Position numbers and translations under genes: made by a program
Notes under the pieces: generated by a model
Databases searched by the model: none
Seen by the model: only the letters and a program-made list of their open reading frames with translations
What the model was told of the DNA's origin: nothing
Shown here: positions 41,106 through 51,147 of the stretch, piece by piece
Layout of the letters: each line of letters starts with the position of its first letter
How positions within the stretch are numbered: the stretch's first letter is position 1
Assembly: GCA_017307275.1 (NCBI GenBank)
Contig: JAFKFK010000026.1
Location: 6,134 to 70,133, forward strand
Length of the DNA stretch: 64,000 bases
Direction: 5' to 3'
Origin: Alphaproteobacteria bacterium
Lineage (GTDB): Bacteria; Pseudomonadota; Alphaproteobacteria; Reyranellales; Reyranellaceae

Positions 41106-42041
41106 TCAGACCCCAGAATTGTCCAAAAATTTCTCGGCAGCGACCAAACTGTGGTCGGCCTCGGGAGTTAGCACCAGATCTGGTGCCATCTGATGCCGGA
41201 ACCACGTCATCTGGCGCTTGGCATATTGGCGGGTGTGATCGATGGCAATGCGGCGCGCATCCGCCAGCGACAACTCGCCCCGGAAGTGGCGAAACAGCTC
41301 GGGTGCGCCGTGGGCCTTGAGGCCCGGCCATTGTGGGTCGGGATGGCCATCGAACACCGCACGCGCTTCGGGCAAGACGCCGTCGGCCAGCATTACGTCG
41401 AACCGGCGTTCGATCCGTTCGCGCAGCCAGCCGCGCTCCGGCGCCAGCAACAGGCTCGTGAACCGCCATAGCGGAGGGACGGCCTCGCCTTGCTGCCAAG
41501 TGCTGAGAGGCCGGCCAGTTGCCAGCCATACTTCCCAGGCCCGCACATGGCGTTGGCGATCGCCCGGCTTGAGGCGGGCCACAATGACCGGGTCCTTCTC
41601 CGCCAGCCGGGCACGGAAGGCATCAGCCCCCATCGTCTGCCATTCCTCGTTGGCTTGCTGGCGCAGTTCGGCGGGCGCGTCGGGAATAGGCGCAATGCCC
41701 TGCATCAGGGTCCGAAGGTAGAGGCCCGATCCGCCACACAGGATGGGCAAACGGCCCTCGGCATGGGCGCGCTCGATCTCTGCCTCGGCCAAAGTGCGCC
41801 AACGCGCGGCGGAGAGAGTCTCGCTGAGCGGCAGGAGGCCGTACAGGACATGCGGCACCCTCGCCCGCTCTTCGGCGCTGGGCTGCGCGGTCAGGATGGG
41901 AAAGGCGTCATAGGTCTGCATGGCGTCGGCATTGATCACGACACCGCTGCGCCGTTCGGCGAGCCCGAGCGCCAGCGCCGACTTGCCGCTGGCCGTCGGG
42001 CCGGTGACGACGATGACGCGATCCTGTGCCTTTGAACTCAT
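41106..42041 (-). CDS. miaA: tRNA dimethylallyltransferase
   Basis: GPTASGKS, INADAMQ.Y, GGSGLY and TRQYAKRQMTW. Confidence 0.96.
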   Translation of the reverse strand: MSSKAQDRVIVVTGPTASGKSALALGLAERRSGVVINADAMQTYDAFPILTAQPSAEERARVPHVLYGLLPLSETLSAARWRTLAEAEIERAHAEGRLPILCGGSGLYLRTLMQGIAPIPDAPAELRQQANEEWQTMGADAFRARLAEKDPVIVARLKPGDRQRHVRAWEVWLATGRPLSTWQQGEAVPPLWRFTSLLLAPERGWLRERIERRFDVMLADGVLPEARAVFDGHPDPQWPGLKAHGAPELFRHFRGELSLADARRIAIDHTRQYAKRQMTWFRHQMAPDLVLTPEADHSLVAAEKFLDNSGV

Positions 42042-42057
42042 GAGACCGGCGCACAGA

Positions 42058-42086
42058 TTGCAAATCCACGATCCCGCCGCTAGAGC
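42058..42086 (+). promoter_or_regulatory. Sigma70 promoter of serB, probably leaderless
   Basis: TTGCAA-N17-TAGAGC, 6 nt before the GTG start. Confidence 0.6.
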
Positions 42087-42092
42087 CGGAGC

Positions 42093-42974
42093 GTGAAAAA
42101 CGTCCTCGTCCTGATCTCCGATCCTGCCCGGCCGGCCCTCACCGCCGCCGTTCTCGAAGCCGCGACAGAAACGCTGCGCACCGCCGGCGCCAGTGTCGGC
42201 GCGCCCGACTGGCTGGCCCCCGGCATCGCCTGCGATCTGCCATTCGATGGACCGGCAGGTCCGATGAACTTGGCCAATGTCGACGCCGTGGCGCTTCCTG
42301 CCGCCGGCCGGCGCAAGAAGCTCCTCGTGGCCGACATGGAATCGACCATGATCCACAACGAGATGCTGGACGAGCTGGCCGACTTCCTGGGCCTGCGCGA
42401 GAAAATCGCCGGTATCACGGCCCGCGCCATGAATGGCGAGATCGATTTCGCCGCGGCCCTGAACGAGCGCGTGGCGCTGCTGAAAGGGCTTTCCGTCACA
42501 AAGCTCGACGAGGCCGCGACCCGCATTCGCTACATGCCGGGCGGTGCCACGCTGGTCGCCACCATGAAGAAACACGGCGCCTACTGCGCGCTGGTCTCGG
42601 GCGGCTTCACCTATTTCACGGCGATGGTGCGCCAGTCACTGGGCTTCGACCTCGACGCAGCCAATATTCTGAAACACGACGGCAAGACGCTGCTGGGCAC
42701 GGTCGAACCACCGATCCTCGGCAAGGAGGCGAAGCTCGCCGCCCTTCAACGCCTCGCTGGCGAACGTCGCTTCACGGCGGCCGATGCCGTGACCGTGGGC
42801 GACGGCGCCAACGATCTGCCGATGCTGCAGGCCGCGGGCCTCGGCGTCGCCTTCCACGCCAAGCCGACCGTCGCGGCGCAAGTGCACGCCCGCATCGACC
42901 ATGGCGATCTCACTGCCCTGCTCTACTTGCAAGGCTATCGCCACACCGACTTCGAAGAGAGGAAAGACCCATGA
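42093..42974 (+). CDS. serB: Phosphoserine phosphatase
   Basis: HAD motifs DMEST, VSGGF, K and GDGAND; divergent from miaA. Confidence 0.93.
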   Translation: MKNVLVLISDPARPALTAAVLEAATETLRTAGASVGAPDWLAPGIACDLPFDGPAGPMNLANVDAVALPAAGRRKKLLVADMESTMIHNEMLDELADFLGLREKIAGITARAMNGEIDFAAALNERVALLKGLSVTKLDEAATRIRYMPGGATLVATMKKHGAYCALVSGGFTYFTAMVRQSLGFDLDAANILKHDGKTLLGTVEPPILGKEAKLAALQRLAGERRFTAADAVTVGDGANDLPMLQAAGLGVAFHAKPTVAAQVHARIDHGDLTALLYLQGYRHTDFEERKDP

Positions 42975-43972
42975 CCCAGATCCAACGCATCGTGCTCGCC
43001 AAGCGCCCGGTAGGCGACGTCACTGCGGATTGCTTCCGCGACGAAACGGCAACACTGGCGGCACCTGCCGACGGCCAGATCCTGATCCGCTCGCGCTTCC
43101 TCTCGCTCGACCCCTACATGCGGCCGCGCATGACTGAGCTGCGCTCCTACACGCCCCCCTTCGACCTCGACAAGCCGTTGACCGGCGGCTCGGTCGGCGA
43201 GGTGGTGGAGTCCAAGAACCCGCGCTACGCCAAGGGCGACATCGTGATGGGCATGCTGGACTGGGCGACGCACACGCTCCACGACGGCAAGGGCTTGCGC
43301 AAGATCGACGCGACGGGCGTCCCGCTCTCGGCTCACCTCGGCGTGCTGGGCATGCCGAGCTTCACGGCCTGGTACGGCATGAAGCACATCTGCAAGCCCA
43401 AGGCCGGCGAGACGGTGTTCGTCTCGGCAGCCACCGGCGCGGTGGGCCAGGTGGCCGGCCAGCTCGCCAAGCTTGCCGGCGCCAAGGTCGTGGGCTGCGC
43501 CGGAGACGAGCAGAAGTGCCAGTGGGCGGTGCGCGAGGCAGGCTACGACGCCTGCTTCAACCACAAGGCGGAGCGCGACTACGGCGCCGTGCTGGATAAG
43601 CTCTGCCCGCAGGGCATCGACGCCGATTTCGAGAATGTCGGCGGCAAGATCTTCCACGCCGTGTTCGAGCGGCTGAACAATTTCGGCCGCGTCGCCTTCT
43701 GTGGCGCGATCTCGGAATATCAGGACAAGGAGCCGATGGCCGGCCCGCCCAAGATGTTCACCATCGTGCAGCGCCGGCTCAACCTGCAGGGCTTCATCGT
43801 CTCCGACCACGCAGCCCTCATGGGCGACTTCGTGAACGAGGTCGGCGGGCTGGTGAAGACGGGCAAGCTCAAGAGCCGGGAGACCGTGGTCGACGGCCTG
43901 GCCGGCGCCCCGCAGGCGTTCATGGGCCTGCTCAAGGGCGAGAACTTCGGCAAGCTCGTGGTGAAGGTCTAG
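42971..43972 (+). CDS. NADP-dependent oxidoreductase (PTGR/CurA-like MDR)
   Basis: SLDPYMR, LGMPSFTAW, SAATGAVG and GENFGK. Confidence 0.93.
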   Translation: MTQIQRIVLAKRPVGDVTADCFRDETATLAAPADGQILIRSRFLSLDPYMRPRMTELRSYTPPFDLDKPLTGGSVGEVVESKNPRYAKGDIVMGMLDWATHTLHDGKGLRKIDATGVPLSAHLGVLGMPSFTAWYGMKHICKPKAGETVFVSAATGAVGQVAGQLAKLAGAKVVGCAGDEQKCQWAVREAGYDACFNHKAERDYGAVLDKLCPQGIDADFENVGGKIFHAVFERLNNFGRVAFCGAISEYQDKEPMAGPPKMFTIVQRRLNLQGFIVSDHAALMGDFVNEVGGLVKTGKLKSRETVVDGLAGAPQAFMGLLKGENFGKLVVKV

Positions 43973-43993
43973 CGTCTGGGGGACGCTCCATGG

Positions 43994-44027
43994 AAAAGGG
44001 CCCAGCTCTTACGAGCAGGGCCCTTTT
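43994..44027. terminator. Bidirectional terminator
   Basis: Stem AAAAGGGCCC/GGGCCCTTTT between convergent genes. Confidence 0.8.
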
Positions 44028-44048
44028 TCTTTCTTGGTGGCTGCGACG

Positions 44049-45545
44049 CTACTTCGTCAGACGAAGTGCCGCGAAGCGCGGATCGCCCTGGCGTTCGACG
44101 AACAGCAGCACCGAACGCTTCTTCTGCTGCTGCAACTTGGCCACCAGATCGGTGACTTCCTGCGGCGTCGTCACCGGCTTCTGGTCGACCTCGAGGATGA
44201 CGTCGCCGGCCTGAAGCTGCTTCTCGGCAGCCGGGCTGTTGGCCGCGACCTTGGTGATGACCACGCCCTTGATCTGGTCGCTGAGACCATAGCGTTCGCG
44301 CAGCTGGTCGGTCACCTTCTGCAGGGTCAGGCCGAGCTGCTCGATGGTCGAGGTGATCTGCTGGTCAGGCTCGGGCGGCTTCTTCTGGCTGCCCTGGGCG
44401 GAAGCGTTCTGCTTGTCCGCCTCCTCCTGCTCGCCAACACGGAGCTTCAGCGGCACTTCCTTGCCACCGCGCCAGACCACGACGTCGACGGTACTGCCGA
44501 CGCGGGCATTGGCGACCACGCGCGGGAAGCGGCGCAGGTCGAGCACGTCCTGACCTGAGAAGGAGATGATGATGTCGTTGCGCTTCAGGCCGGCCTTGGC
44601 AGCCGGGCTGTCGGCCGTGACATTGGCCACCAGCACGCCGCGGGCGCGGTCGAGGCCGAAGGAATCGGCGATATCGTCGGTGACGCTCTGGTAGCTGACG
44701 CCGATCCAGCCGCGCTTGACCTTGCCGAACTCGCGCAACTGGTCGGCGACCTGCTTCACGAGATTGGACGGGATCGAGAAAGCGAGGCCGGCATTGGTGC
44801 CCGACGGCGAGTAAATGGCGGTGTTGACGCCGATCACCTCGCCATTCTGGTTGAACAGCGGACCGCCCGAGTTGCCCTTGTTGATGGCGGCATCGGTCTG
44901 CAGGTAGTCGTCCAGCGAGTCGTTCAGCGAGCGGCCGCGCGCCGAGATGATGCCGGCGGTCACCGAGTGGCCGAGGCCGAACGGGTTGCCGATGGCGATC
45001 ACCCAGTCGCCCACGCGCTCCTTGTCGGAATCGCCCCACTTAACCGCCGGCAGCGGCTTCTTGTTCGGCGGCTCGACCTTGAGCAGGGCGACGTCGATGC
45101 GGCTGTCGGAGCCGATCAGCTTGGCCTTGAGCTGAGTGTCGTCCTTGAAGATGACCGTGATGTCTTCCGCGCCCTGGATGACGTGGTTGTTGGTGACGAT
45201 GTAGCCCTCACCGTCGATCACGAAACCGGAGCCCAGCGACGTGCCGCGGCGCTTCTGTTCCTCGCCGCCGCCCCGGCGGTCGAAGAACTCCTTGAACAGC
45301 TCCTCGAACGGCGAACCCGGCGGCAGCTGCGGCATGTCGCGCAGGCGCGGGCCTTGCTGAGGCACATTCTGCGTCGTCGTGATGTTGACGACGGTCGGCA
45401 TCAACTTGTCGACCAGATCGGCAAAGCTCTCATTAGCCTGATTAGGTTGTCGGGCCAGAGCTGGCTCGACCACCATCAGGCCAAAAGCTGCAACAGCCGC
45501 AACAGCGGCACCTCGAAAAAAGCGATGAGAATCAGCCAGAATCAC
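44049..45545 (-). CDS. DegP/DegQ (Do family) serine protease with two PDZ domains
   Basis: GSGFVI, TNNHV, SDSRIDVA and QTDAAINKGNSGGPL; signal peptide. Confidence 0.95.
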   Translation of the reverse strand: MILADSHRFFRGAAVAAVAAFGLMVVEPALARQPNQANESFADLVDKLMPTVVNITTTQNVPQQGPRLRDMPQLPPGSPFEELFKEFFDRRGGGEEQKRRGTSLGSGFVIDGEGYIVTNNHVIQGAEDITVIFKDDTQLKAKLIGSDSRIDVALLKVEPPNKKPLPAVKWGDSDKERVGDWVIAIGNPFGLGHSVTAGIISARGRSLNDSLDDYLQTDAAINKGNSGGPLFNQNGEVIGVNTAIYSPSGTNAGLAFSIPSNLVKQVADQLREFGKVKRGWIGVSYQSVTDDIADSFGLDRARGVLVANVTADSPAAKAGLKRNDIIISFSGQDVLDLRRFPRVVANARVGSTVDVVVWRGGKEVPLKLRVGEQEEADKQNASAQGSQKKPPEPDQQITSTIEQLGLTLQKVTDQLRERYGLSDQIKGVVITKVAANSPAAEKQLQAGDVILEVDQKPVTTPQEVTDLVAKLQQQKKRSVLLFVERQGDPRFAALRLTK

Positions 45546-45691
45546 GTCCGACCTCCAACGGCGCTCTAGGCCAAACGGTCGGTAACGGCCGGCGCCGCGC
45601 GTTAGAGTGACTGTCTACATGTGGGCAGATTGTGGCGCAAATAAAGAGGCCGTTATGTTGCCGATTATTTCAGGCTTTTTGGGCTTTGGAC

Positions 45692-45733
45692 AAAAAAGAA
45701 CCGGCGGCGTGGCATGACTGCCACAGCCGCCGG
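45692..45733 (-). terminator. Terminator after hflC
   Basis: Stem CCGGCGGC-GTGGCA/TGCCAC-GCCGCCGG with a T tract on the minus strand. Confidence 0.75.
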
Positions 45734-45755
45734 CTCGGTACGGTTTCAGGCGATG

Positions 45756-46646
45756 CTACTTCTTGCTGTTCAGGCCCGGTCCAGACGGGTCGTTGAAGTA
45801 GCGGAAGAAGTCGCTGTCAGGGCTCAGGAGCATGGTTGAGCCACCCGACCCGAACGCCTGCTTGTAGGCCTCCATGCGCCTGTAGAAGGCATAGAAGTCC
45901 TTGTCCTTGCTGAAGGCCTGGGCATAGATCCGGGTCGCCTCGGCATCGGCTTCACCCTTCAGGATCTGGCCCTTGAGACCCGCATCCGCCTTGATGACGG
46001 CAACCTCGCGGTCGGCCGTCGCCTTGATGCGGGCGTTCTCCTCGTCGCCCTCGGCTCGGAGCTGGCCGGCTTCGCGTTCGCGGTCCGTCTTCATGCGGTT
46101 ATAGACCGACTGAGAGTTGGCCTGCGGCAGGTCAGCGCGCTTGATGCGCACGTCCACCGTCTGGACACCCAGCTCCTTGGTCTTGCTGTTCACGCGCTTC
46201 GTGATCTCGTCCATCAGATTGGCACGTTGGTCGGTCAGCACTGCGTGCAGGGGCACTGAGGAAAGCACGCCGCGGATCTCCGAGTTGATCAGCGAGTCGA
46301 GCAGGCCACGCAGCGCCGCCTCACCGCCCGGAACCGTCTGGGCGTAGAGCTTGGCTGCCACGATCTTGTAGCGGGCGTAGGCGTCGACCACGAGACGCTT
46401 CTGGTCGCCGGCGATGACCTCGAACTCCTCGGCTTCGTAGTCGAGCAGCCGGCGGTCGATCCGCTGGATGTCCTGTATCAGCGGGAGCTTGGCATAGAGG
46501 CCAGGCTCGGTCTTGGGCTCGCCGACGATGGCGCCGAACTGGCGAACCAGGACCTGCTTGGTCGGGTCGACGGTGTAGAAGGTCTGGGTCACCAGGAACC
46601 CTAGAACTGCGAGCGCGATCAGCGCGATGATCGAACGGTTGCTCAT
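45756..46646 (-). CDS. hflC: FtsH modulator HflC
   Basis: SPFH domain; DQKRLVVDAYARY, DVRIKRADLP and FYAFYR. Confidence 0.95.
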   Translation of the reverse strand: MSNRSIIALIALAVLGFLVTQTFYTVDPTKQVLVRQFGAIVGEPKTEPGLYAKLPLIQDIQRIDRRLLDYEAEEFEVIAGDQKRLVVDAYARYKIVAAKLYAQTVPGGEAALRGLLDSLINSEIRGVLSSVPLHAVLTDQRANLMDEITKRVNSKTKELGVQTVDVRIKRADLPQANSQSVYNRMKTDREREAGQLRAEGDEENARIKATADREVAVIKADAGLKGQILKGEADAEATRIYAQAFSKDKDFYAFYRRMEAYKQAFGSGGSTMLLSPDSDFFRYFNDPSGPGLNSKK

Positions 46647-47857
46647 CGCGTCGCTCCCGGCAGCGGCTGAGGCTGTCTGGGTTGTTGCGGCGTACCGGCC
46701 GTCGGCTGGCCCGACCTAAGTTCCGGCAGTGGCAGGTAAGGCAGCACGCCGCCTGTGCCGGAGGTGTTCTTGTCGACCAGGACCTTGTTCACGTTGCGCA
46801 GCACCTCTTCCATCGTGTCGAGGTAGAGACGCTCGGTCGTGATGTCCTTGGCCTTGGCCCACTGCTCGTAAACCTGATCGAAGCGCTGGGCATCACCGCT
46901 GGCACGCGCCACGATCTCGGCCTTGTAGGCTTCGGAGCGCTGCACGATCGATTCCGCCTCGCCCTTGGCGCGCGGAAGCTGCTGGTTGCGATAGGTGTTG
47001 CCTTCGTTGATCAGCCTTTCCTTGTCGGCGCGCGCCGCCTGGACGTCGCGGAAGGCCGCGATCACTTCCTGCGGCGGGTCGACGCGCAGAAGCTGGATCT
47101 GCGAGATGCGAACGCCGAGCCCGTACTCGTCGAGGATGTTCTGCAACAAATCCTTGGTGTCCTGCTCGATGCGGCTACGACCCTCGGTCTGCGCATACTG
47201 CAAGTTCGACTTGCCGATCACTTCGCGCATCGCGGCTTCGGCGCCGGAGCGCACGTTCTCTTCGGGATTGCGCACGTCGAAGGCGTACTTGAACACGTCC
47301 TTGATCTGCCACAGCACGGCGAACTCGATGTCGACGATGTTCTCGTCGCCGGTCAGCATCAGGTTTTCCGTCGAGGTCGGACGCGCACCGCGATTGTACG
47401 GCGTGGTGGCCTGATTGCCGCGCGAACCGAGCACGGTGCGGCGCTGATCCTGCACGTTGACCACGACAACGTTACCGATCGGGCCCGGCAGGTTGTAGTG
47501 CAGGCCAGGCTCGACGGGCTTGCCGTAAGGCTTGCCGAACACGAGCTGGATCGCCTGCTGGTTGGGCTGCACGCGGAAAAAGCCCGTGACAAGCCAAACG
47601 ACGAGAGCACCCAACACGACGAGGGCGATTCCCTTGTAGGAACCGAAGCCGCCGGGGATGAGATTCTTGAGGCGTTCCTGGCCCTTGCGAATGACATCTT
47701 CCATGTCGGGAGGACGCCGCGAGCCGAACGGGCCACCGCCACCGCCGCCACGATTGCCGCCGCCGCCACCGCCGCCGCCCCAAGGGCCGCCGCCGCCGCT
47801 GCCACCACTGCCACCGCCGCCGCCCCAGGGGCCGCCGCCGTTATTATTCCACGCCAT
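46643..47857 (-). CDS. hflK: FtsH modulator HflK
   Basis: Gly-rich MAWN...GPWG N-terminus; MLTGDENIVD and VIAAFRDV..A. Confidence 0.95.
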   Translation of the reverse strand: MAWNNNGGGPWGGGGGSGGSGGGGPWGGGGGGGGNRGGGGGGPFGSRRPPDMEDVIRKGQERLKNLIPGGFGSYKGIALVVLGALVVWLVTGFFRVQPNQQAIQLVFGKPYGKPVEPGLHYNLPGPIGNVVVVNVQDQRRTVLGSRGNQATTPYNRGARPTSTENLMLTGDENIVDIEFAVLWQIKDVFKYAFDVRNPEENVRSGAEAAMREVIGKSNLQYAQTEGRSRIEQDTKDLLQNILDEYGLGVRISQIQLLRVDPPQEVIAAFRDVQAARADKERLINEGNTYRNQQLPRAKGEAESIVQRSEAYKAEIVARASGDAQRFDQVYEQWAKAKDITTERLYLDTMEEVLRNVNKVLVDKNTSGTGGVLPYLPLPELRSGQPTAGTPQQPRQPQPLPGATR

Positions 47858-47998
47858 TTTCACCTCAGGGCCGCTCTCACTGCCTCACCTCGGCGCATTG
47901 TCGCTTTTGATTTCACGCCGCGCTGCATATATGTGACGGCAGGCACTCCTTCAATCAAGCGGCGACACGAAATTGCCGGCCAGCAGAAGCATTGGATC

Positions 47999-49141
47999 AT
48001 GGCGGAAATAAGCGAATCAGCCGTCCGCAAGGTTCTCGATACCGTCATCGATTCGGCGACAGGACGCAGCGTCGCCGCGCTCGGTATGGTGGGCGGCATT
48101 GTCACACGCGGCGGTCATGTCGCAATCACCCTCGACGTCGACCCGTCACGCGGTACCGCGCTGGAACCTTTGCGTCAGGCATGCGAACAGGCGGTGCGCG
48201 CCATGCCGGGGGTGCTGTCGGCAACCGCCGTCATGACGTCCGAACGGCCTGCGCCGCCGCCCCCTCAGGCACCGGGCGGTGGGCATGGGCACAGCCATGC
48301 CCCCAGCGGCAAGGCCACGGGCGGTGGCGGCCGCATCGAGGTGCCGGGCGTAAAGCACATCATCGCCGTTGCCTCGGGCAAGGGCGGCGTCGGCAAGTCG
48401 ACGACAGCGGTCAACCTGGCCCTGGGCCTCGCCGCCAACGGCATTTCGACCGGCCTGCTCGACGCCGACATCTACGGCCCCTCGATGCCGCGCATGCTCG
48501 ACGTCAAGGAGAAGCCCGAGTCGGTTGACGGCAAGCAGCTGAAGCCGATCGAACGCTACGGGATCAAGACGATGTCGATCGGTTATATTGTAGCCGAAGA
48601 CACGCCGATGATCTGGCGTGGCCCGATGGTGTCGAGCGCACTCGAGCAGATGTTGCGCGACGTTCAGTGGGGCGATCTCGACGTCCTGGTGGTCGACATG
48701 CCACCGGGCACTGGCGACGCCCAGCTCACCCTGGCGCAGCGCGTGGCGCTCGCCGGCGCCGTCATCGTCTCGACGCCGCAGGACATTGCCCTAGTCGATG
48801 CGCGCAAGGGCCTCAACATGTTCCGCAAGGTCGCGGTGCCCGTGCTCGGCATCGTCGAGAACATGAGCTATTTTCTCTGCCCCAAGTGCGGCGAGCGCTC
48901 CGAGATCTTCGGACATGGCGGCGCCCACGAGGAAGCCGACAAGCTCGGCGTGCCCTTCCTGGGCGAGATCCCGCTACATCTCGATATCCGGATGACCTCC
49001 GACAGCGGGCACCCCATCGTCGTGTCTAAGCCCGAGAGTGCGCACGCGCAGGTCTACAAGAACATCGCAGGCCGGGTCTGGAAGCAGCTCTCCGCCAACC
49101 AGCGCGGCCCCCGCGCCGCGCCCCGGATCGTGGTGCAGTAG
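47999..49141 (+). CDS. mrp: Mrp/ApbC Fe-S cluster carrier ATPase
   Basis: SGKGGVGKST, DADIYGPS, WRGPM, DMPPGTGD and CPKC. Confidence 0.95.
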   Translation: MAEISESAVRKVLDTVIDSATGRSVAALGMVGGIVTRGGHVAITLDVDPSRGTALEPLRQACEQAVRAMPGVLSATAVMTSERPAPPPPQAPGGGHGHSHAPSGKATGGGGRIEVPGVKHIIAVASGKGGVGKSTTAVNLALGLAANGISTGLLDADIYGPSMPRMLDVKEKPESVDGKQLKPIERYGIKTMSIGYIVAEDTPMIWRGPMVSSALEQMLRDVQWGDLDVLVVDMPPGTGDAQLTLAQRVALAGAVIVSTPQDIALVDARKGLNMFRKVAVPVLGIVENMSYFLCPKCGERSEIFGHGGAHEEADKLGVPFLGEIPLHLDIRMTSDSGHPIVVSKPESAHAQVYKNIAGRVWKQLSANQRGPRAAPRIVVQ

Positions 49142-49696
49142 CTATTTCTTGCGTTTGCGGCCGGGACGCCAGCCGGGCTGCCACTTTCCGATCATGCCAT
49201 GGACGCCGATCATGGCGCCGGCAACGAGTTCGAGGGCCAGGAAGCGGCGTTCCTCGACCCAGCCGGGAAGCTGGATGTTGAGCGCCAGGTCACGGCGAAA
49301 ACCGAACTGATTGTAGTATTCGGGGTCGCCGACCAGGATGATGCGGCTGTGGCCCAGCATGCGCGACTGCGCCATCGAGTGCCACATCAACGCCTTGCCG
49401 TAACCCAGCCCGCGCAGTTCGGGCGCAATGGCGAGCGGGCCCAGCAGCACCGCCGGCCAGCGCTCGTTGATCAGGATCGGCCAGTTGCGGATCGACGCCA
49501 CCATGCGGCCCTTCTGGTCGATGGCCACGAAGCAGAGTTCCTTGATCGGCTTCACGTCCTCGCGCAGGCGATAGACCGTCTTGTGCTGGCGGTCCGGCCC
49601 GAAGGCCGCCTCGTTCATGCCCTCGATCGCTTCGCCGTCGCGCGCCCGCTCGCGCAACAGCCGCAGCCGGCCGGGATCGCGGATCGGCGTTTCCAT
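49142..49696 (-). CDS. GNAT family N-acetyltransferase (YhbS-like)
   Basis: LLGPLAIAPELRGLGYG and LVGDPEYYNQFGF. Confidence 0.9.
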   Translation of the reverse strand: METPIRDPGRLRLLRERARDGEAIEGMNEAAFGPDRQHKTVYRLREDVKPIKELCFVAIDQKGRMVASIRNWPILINERWPAVLLGPLAIAPELRGLGYGKALMWHSMAQSRMLGHSRIILVGDPEYYNQFGFRRDLALNIQLPGWVEERRFLALELVAGAMIGVHGMIGKWQPGWRPGRKRKK

Positions 49697-49709
49697 CGTC
49701 CGCCTGCCG

Positions 49710-50645
49710 TCAGGACCGGCCGAGTGCAGCCATCAGCTCGCGCCATTCGCGCGCGCTCATGCCGCTCGACTTCTGGTCGACCGCCTCGCCCGCCAGCAGG
49801 CGCTTGACGATCGCGAGGCCGGTCTTCGACAGATGCGTGCCACCCATCCGGTATTCGACGAACGCGTCGTGGCTGATCGGACACCAGCGCTTCAGCGTGT
49901 CGAGCATCACCTCGGCGTAGACGCGGATTTCATACTGCGCATGAGCATCGGCGCGCAGCGACAGGAAATGCATGAGATTGTGCAGGTTCGTCTTCCAGTA
50001 CCACTGGGTATAGAAGCCGAGCGACAGGTTCATGCGCGCCAGTTCGCGCGCCAGGCCGGACCGTTCTGGATCGAGCGGCTCGCCGGCCTCGCCTTCGTTC
50101 AGCATCTCCATGTAGTGCTCGTAGACGAGCTCGGCGTCCTTGCGCAGCAGGTTGAAGACGCGCTCGGCCTCCTTGCCGGCCAACACGGAGTCACGCCCCT
50201 GGCGGTTCTGCTGGCTTTGCGCCGCAAGATGCTCCGGCTTCGGGATGTAGAACTCGTTGTCGAGGATCGAATAGCGCGCCGAGTACTCGTTCACATTGGC
50301 GGTGCGATGGCGAATCCACTGCCGCGCCACGAAGATCGGCAGCTTCACGTGATACTTGATCTCGCACATCTCGAACGGCGTCGTGTGACGATGCCGCATG
50401 AGATAGTTGATCAGCCCGCGATCCTCGCTGACCTTCTTGGTGCCGCGGCCATAGCTCACGCGTGCTGCCTGCACGACAGCCGCATCGTCTCCCATGTAGT
50501 CGACGACGCGGACGAAACCGTGATCGAGCACGGGCAGCGCCTGGTAGAGAATTTCCTCCAGCGCCGGGGCGATCGGGCGCAGGGTCGGCTGCGCGGCGGC
50601 ACGGGCCTGGTCGATCTCGGCCTGTTGGTCGGTGGAGAGGGGCAT
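49710..50645 (-). CDS. thyX: Flavin-dependent thymidylate synthase
   Basis: AARVSY, HTTPFE and ThyX motif [14 protein letters not shown]; [12 protein letters not shown]. Confidence 0.96.
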   Translation of the reverse strand: MPLSTDQQAEIDQARAAAQPTLRPIAPALEEILYQALPVLDHGFVRVVDYMGDDAAVVQAARVSYGRGTKKVSEDRGLINYLMRHRHTTPFEMCEIKYHVKLPIFVARQWIRHRTANVNEYSARYSILDNEFYIPKPEHLAAQSQQNRQGRDSVLAGKEAERVFNLLRKDAELVYEHYMEMLNEGEAGEPLDPERSGLARELARMNLSLGFYTQWYWKTNLHNLMHFLSLRADAHAQYEIRVYAEVMLDTLKRWCPISHDAFVEYRMGGTHLSKTGLAIVKRLLAGEAVDQKSSGMSAREWRELMAALGRS

Positions 50646-50729
50646 TGTTCGTTGTCCTACGTTGGCGGCGGACTCTATGGGCGGCCGGTCGACGCCACCA
50701 TGGGGAAAATCGGGAGTCCGTGCGCTGCC

Positions 50730-50758
50730 TTCAAAAACGCTTCGGAAGCGCCTATATA
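50730..50758 (+). promoter_or_regulatory. Sigma70 promoter of ssrA
   Basis: TTCAAA-N17-TATATA (CCTATAT, the alphaproteobacterial pattern). Confidence 0.6.
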
Positions 50759-50764
50759 GGGTTT

Positions 50765-51060
50765 GTCGGGAAACCGACTATGGCGATAAACGCCGCGTGG
50801 CATAAGCGTTTCGGACCCGGGGGCAGTACCCGGCGCCTCCACCATTTCCCTCCACCCATGGGAGTATCCCGGACGGTGGAGTCGATGGGGGCGAACCAGG
50901 ATCGACGAGCGTGGTAAAGGCGCGGTTTTTGCCCGGTATGGTTCCGCCGTGACGGGCCATTCACAAGTGCTAACGATAACACCGTTACACTCGCTGCTGC
51001 CGCCTAAACAGCGGACGTAAGCGCGGTCCGGGGGGCACCGGGCAACAGAAGCCCCCCACT
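50765..51060 (+). ncRNA. ssrA: Circularly permuted two-piece tmRNA; tag (A)ANDNTVTLAAAA
   Basis: Acceptor piece ends ...GGCAGTACCCGGCGCCTCCACCA at 50844. Intervening hairpin 50845-50886. The tRNA-like 5' end GGGGGCG at 50887 pairs with CGCCTCC, giving G3-U70. Tag ORF 50969-51007. The outer ends are approximate. Confidence 0.93.
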
Positions 51061-51147
51061 TTCCTTCTCCTCATTTGCCCGCTATTGGCATCGTTGACTC
51101 TCCCGCGACGCGGGCCGATGCTTTTTTCTGAAATTTTCCGACAGGCC

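Noticed and set aside
45546-45755. DUF2065 gene often found between hflC and degP
   Set aside because: No suitable hydrophobic ORF is present; the gap holds a terminator and an AT-rich promoter region.
47740-47850. Tandem CCG/GGC repeats suggesting a microsatellite or repeat element
   Set aside because: They encode the Gly-rich N-terminus typical of HflK.
46682-47998. Apparent 440-aa N-terminal extension of Mrp (819-aa ORF)
   Set aside because: It is antisense read-through over hflK; the Mrp fold starts at MAEISE (47999).
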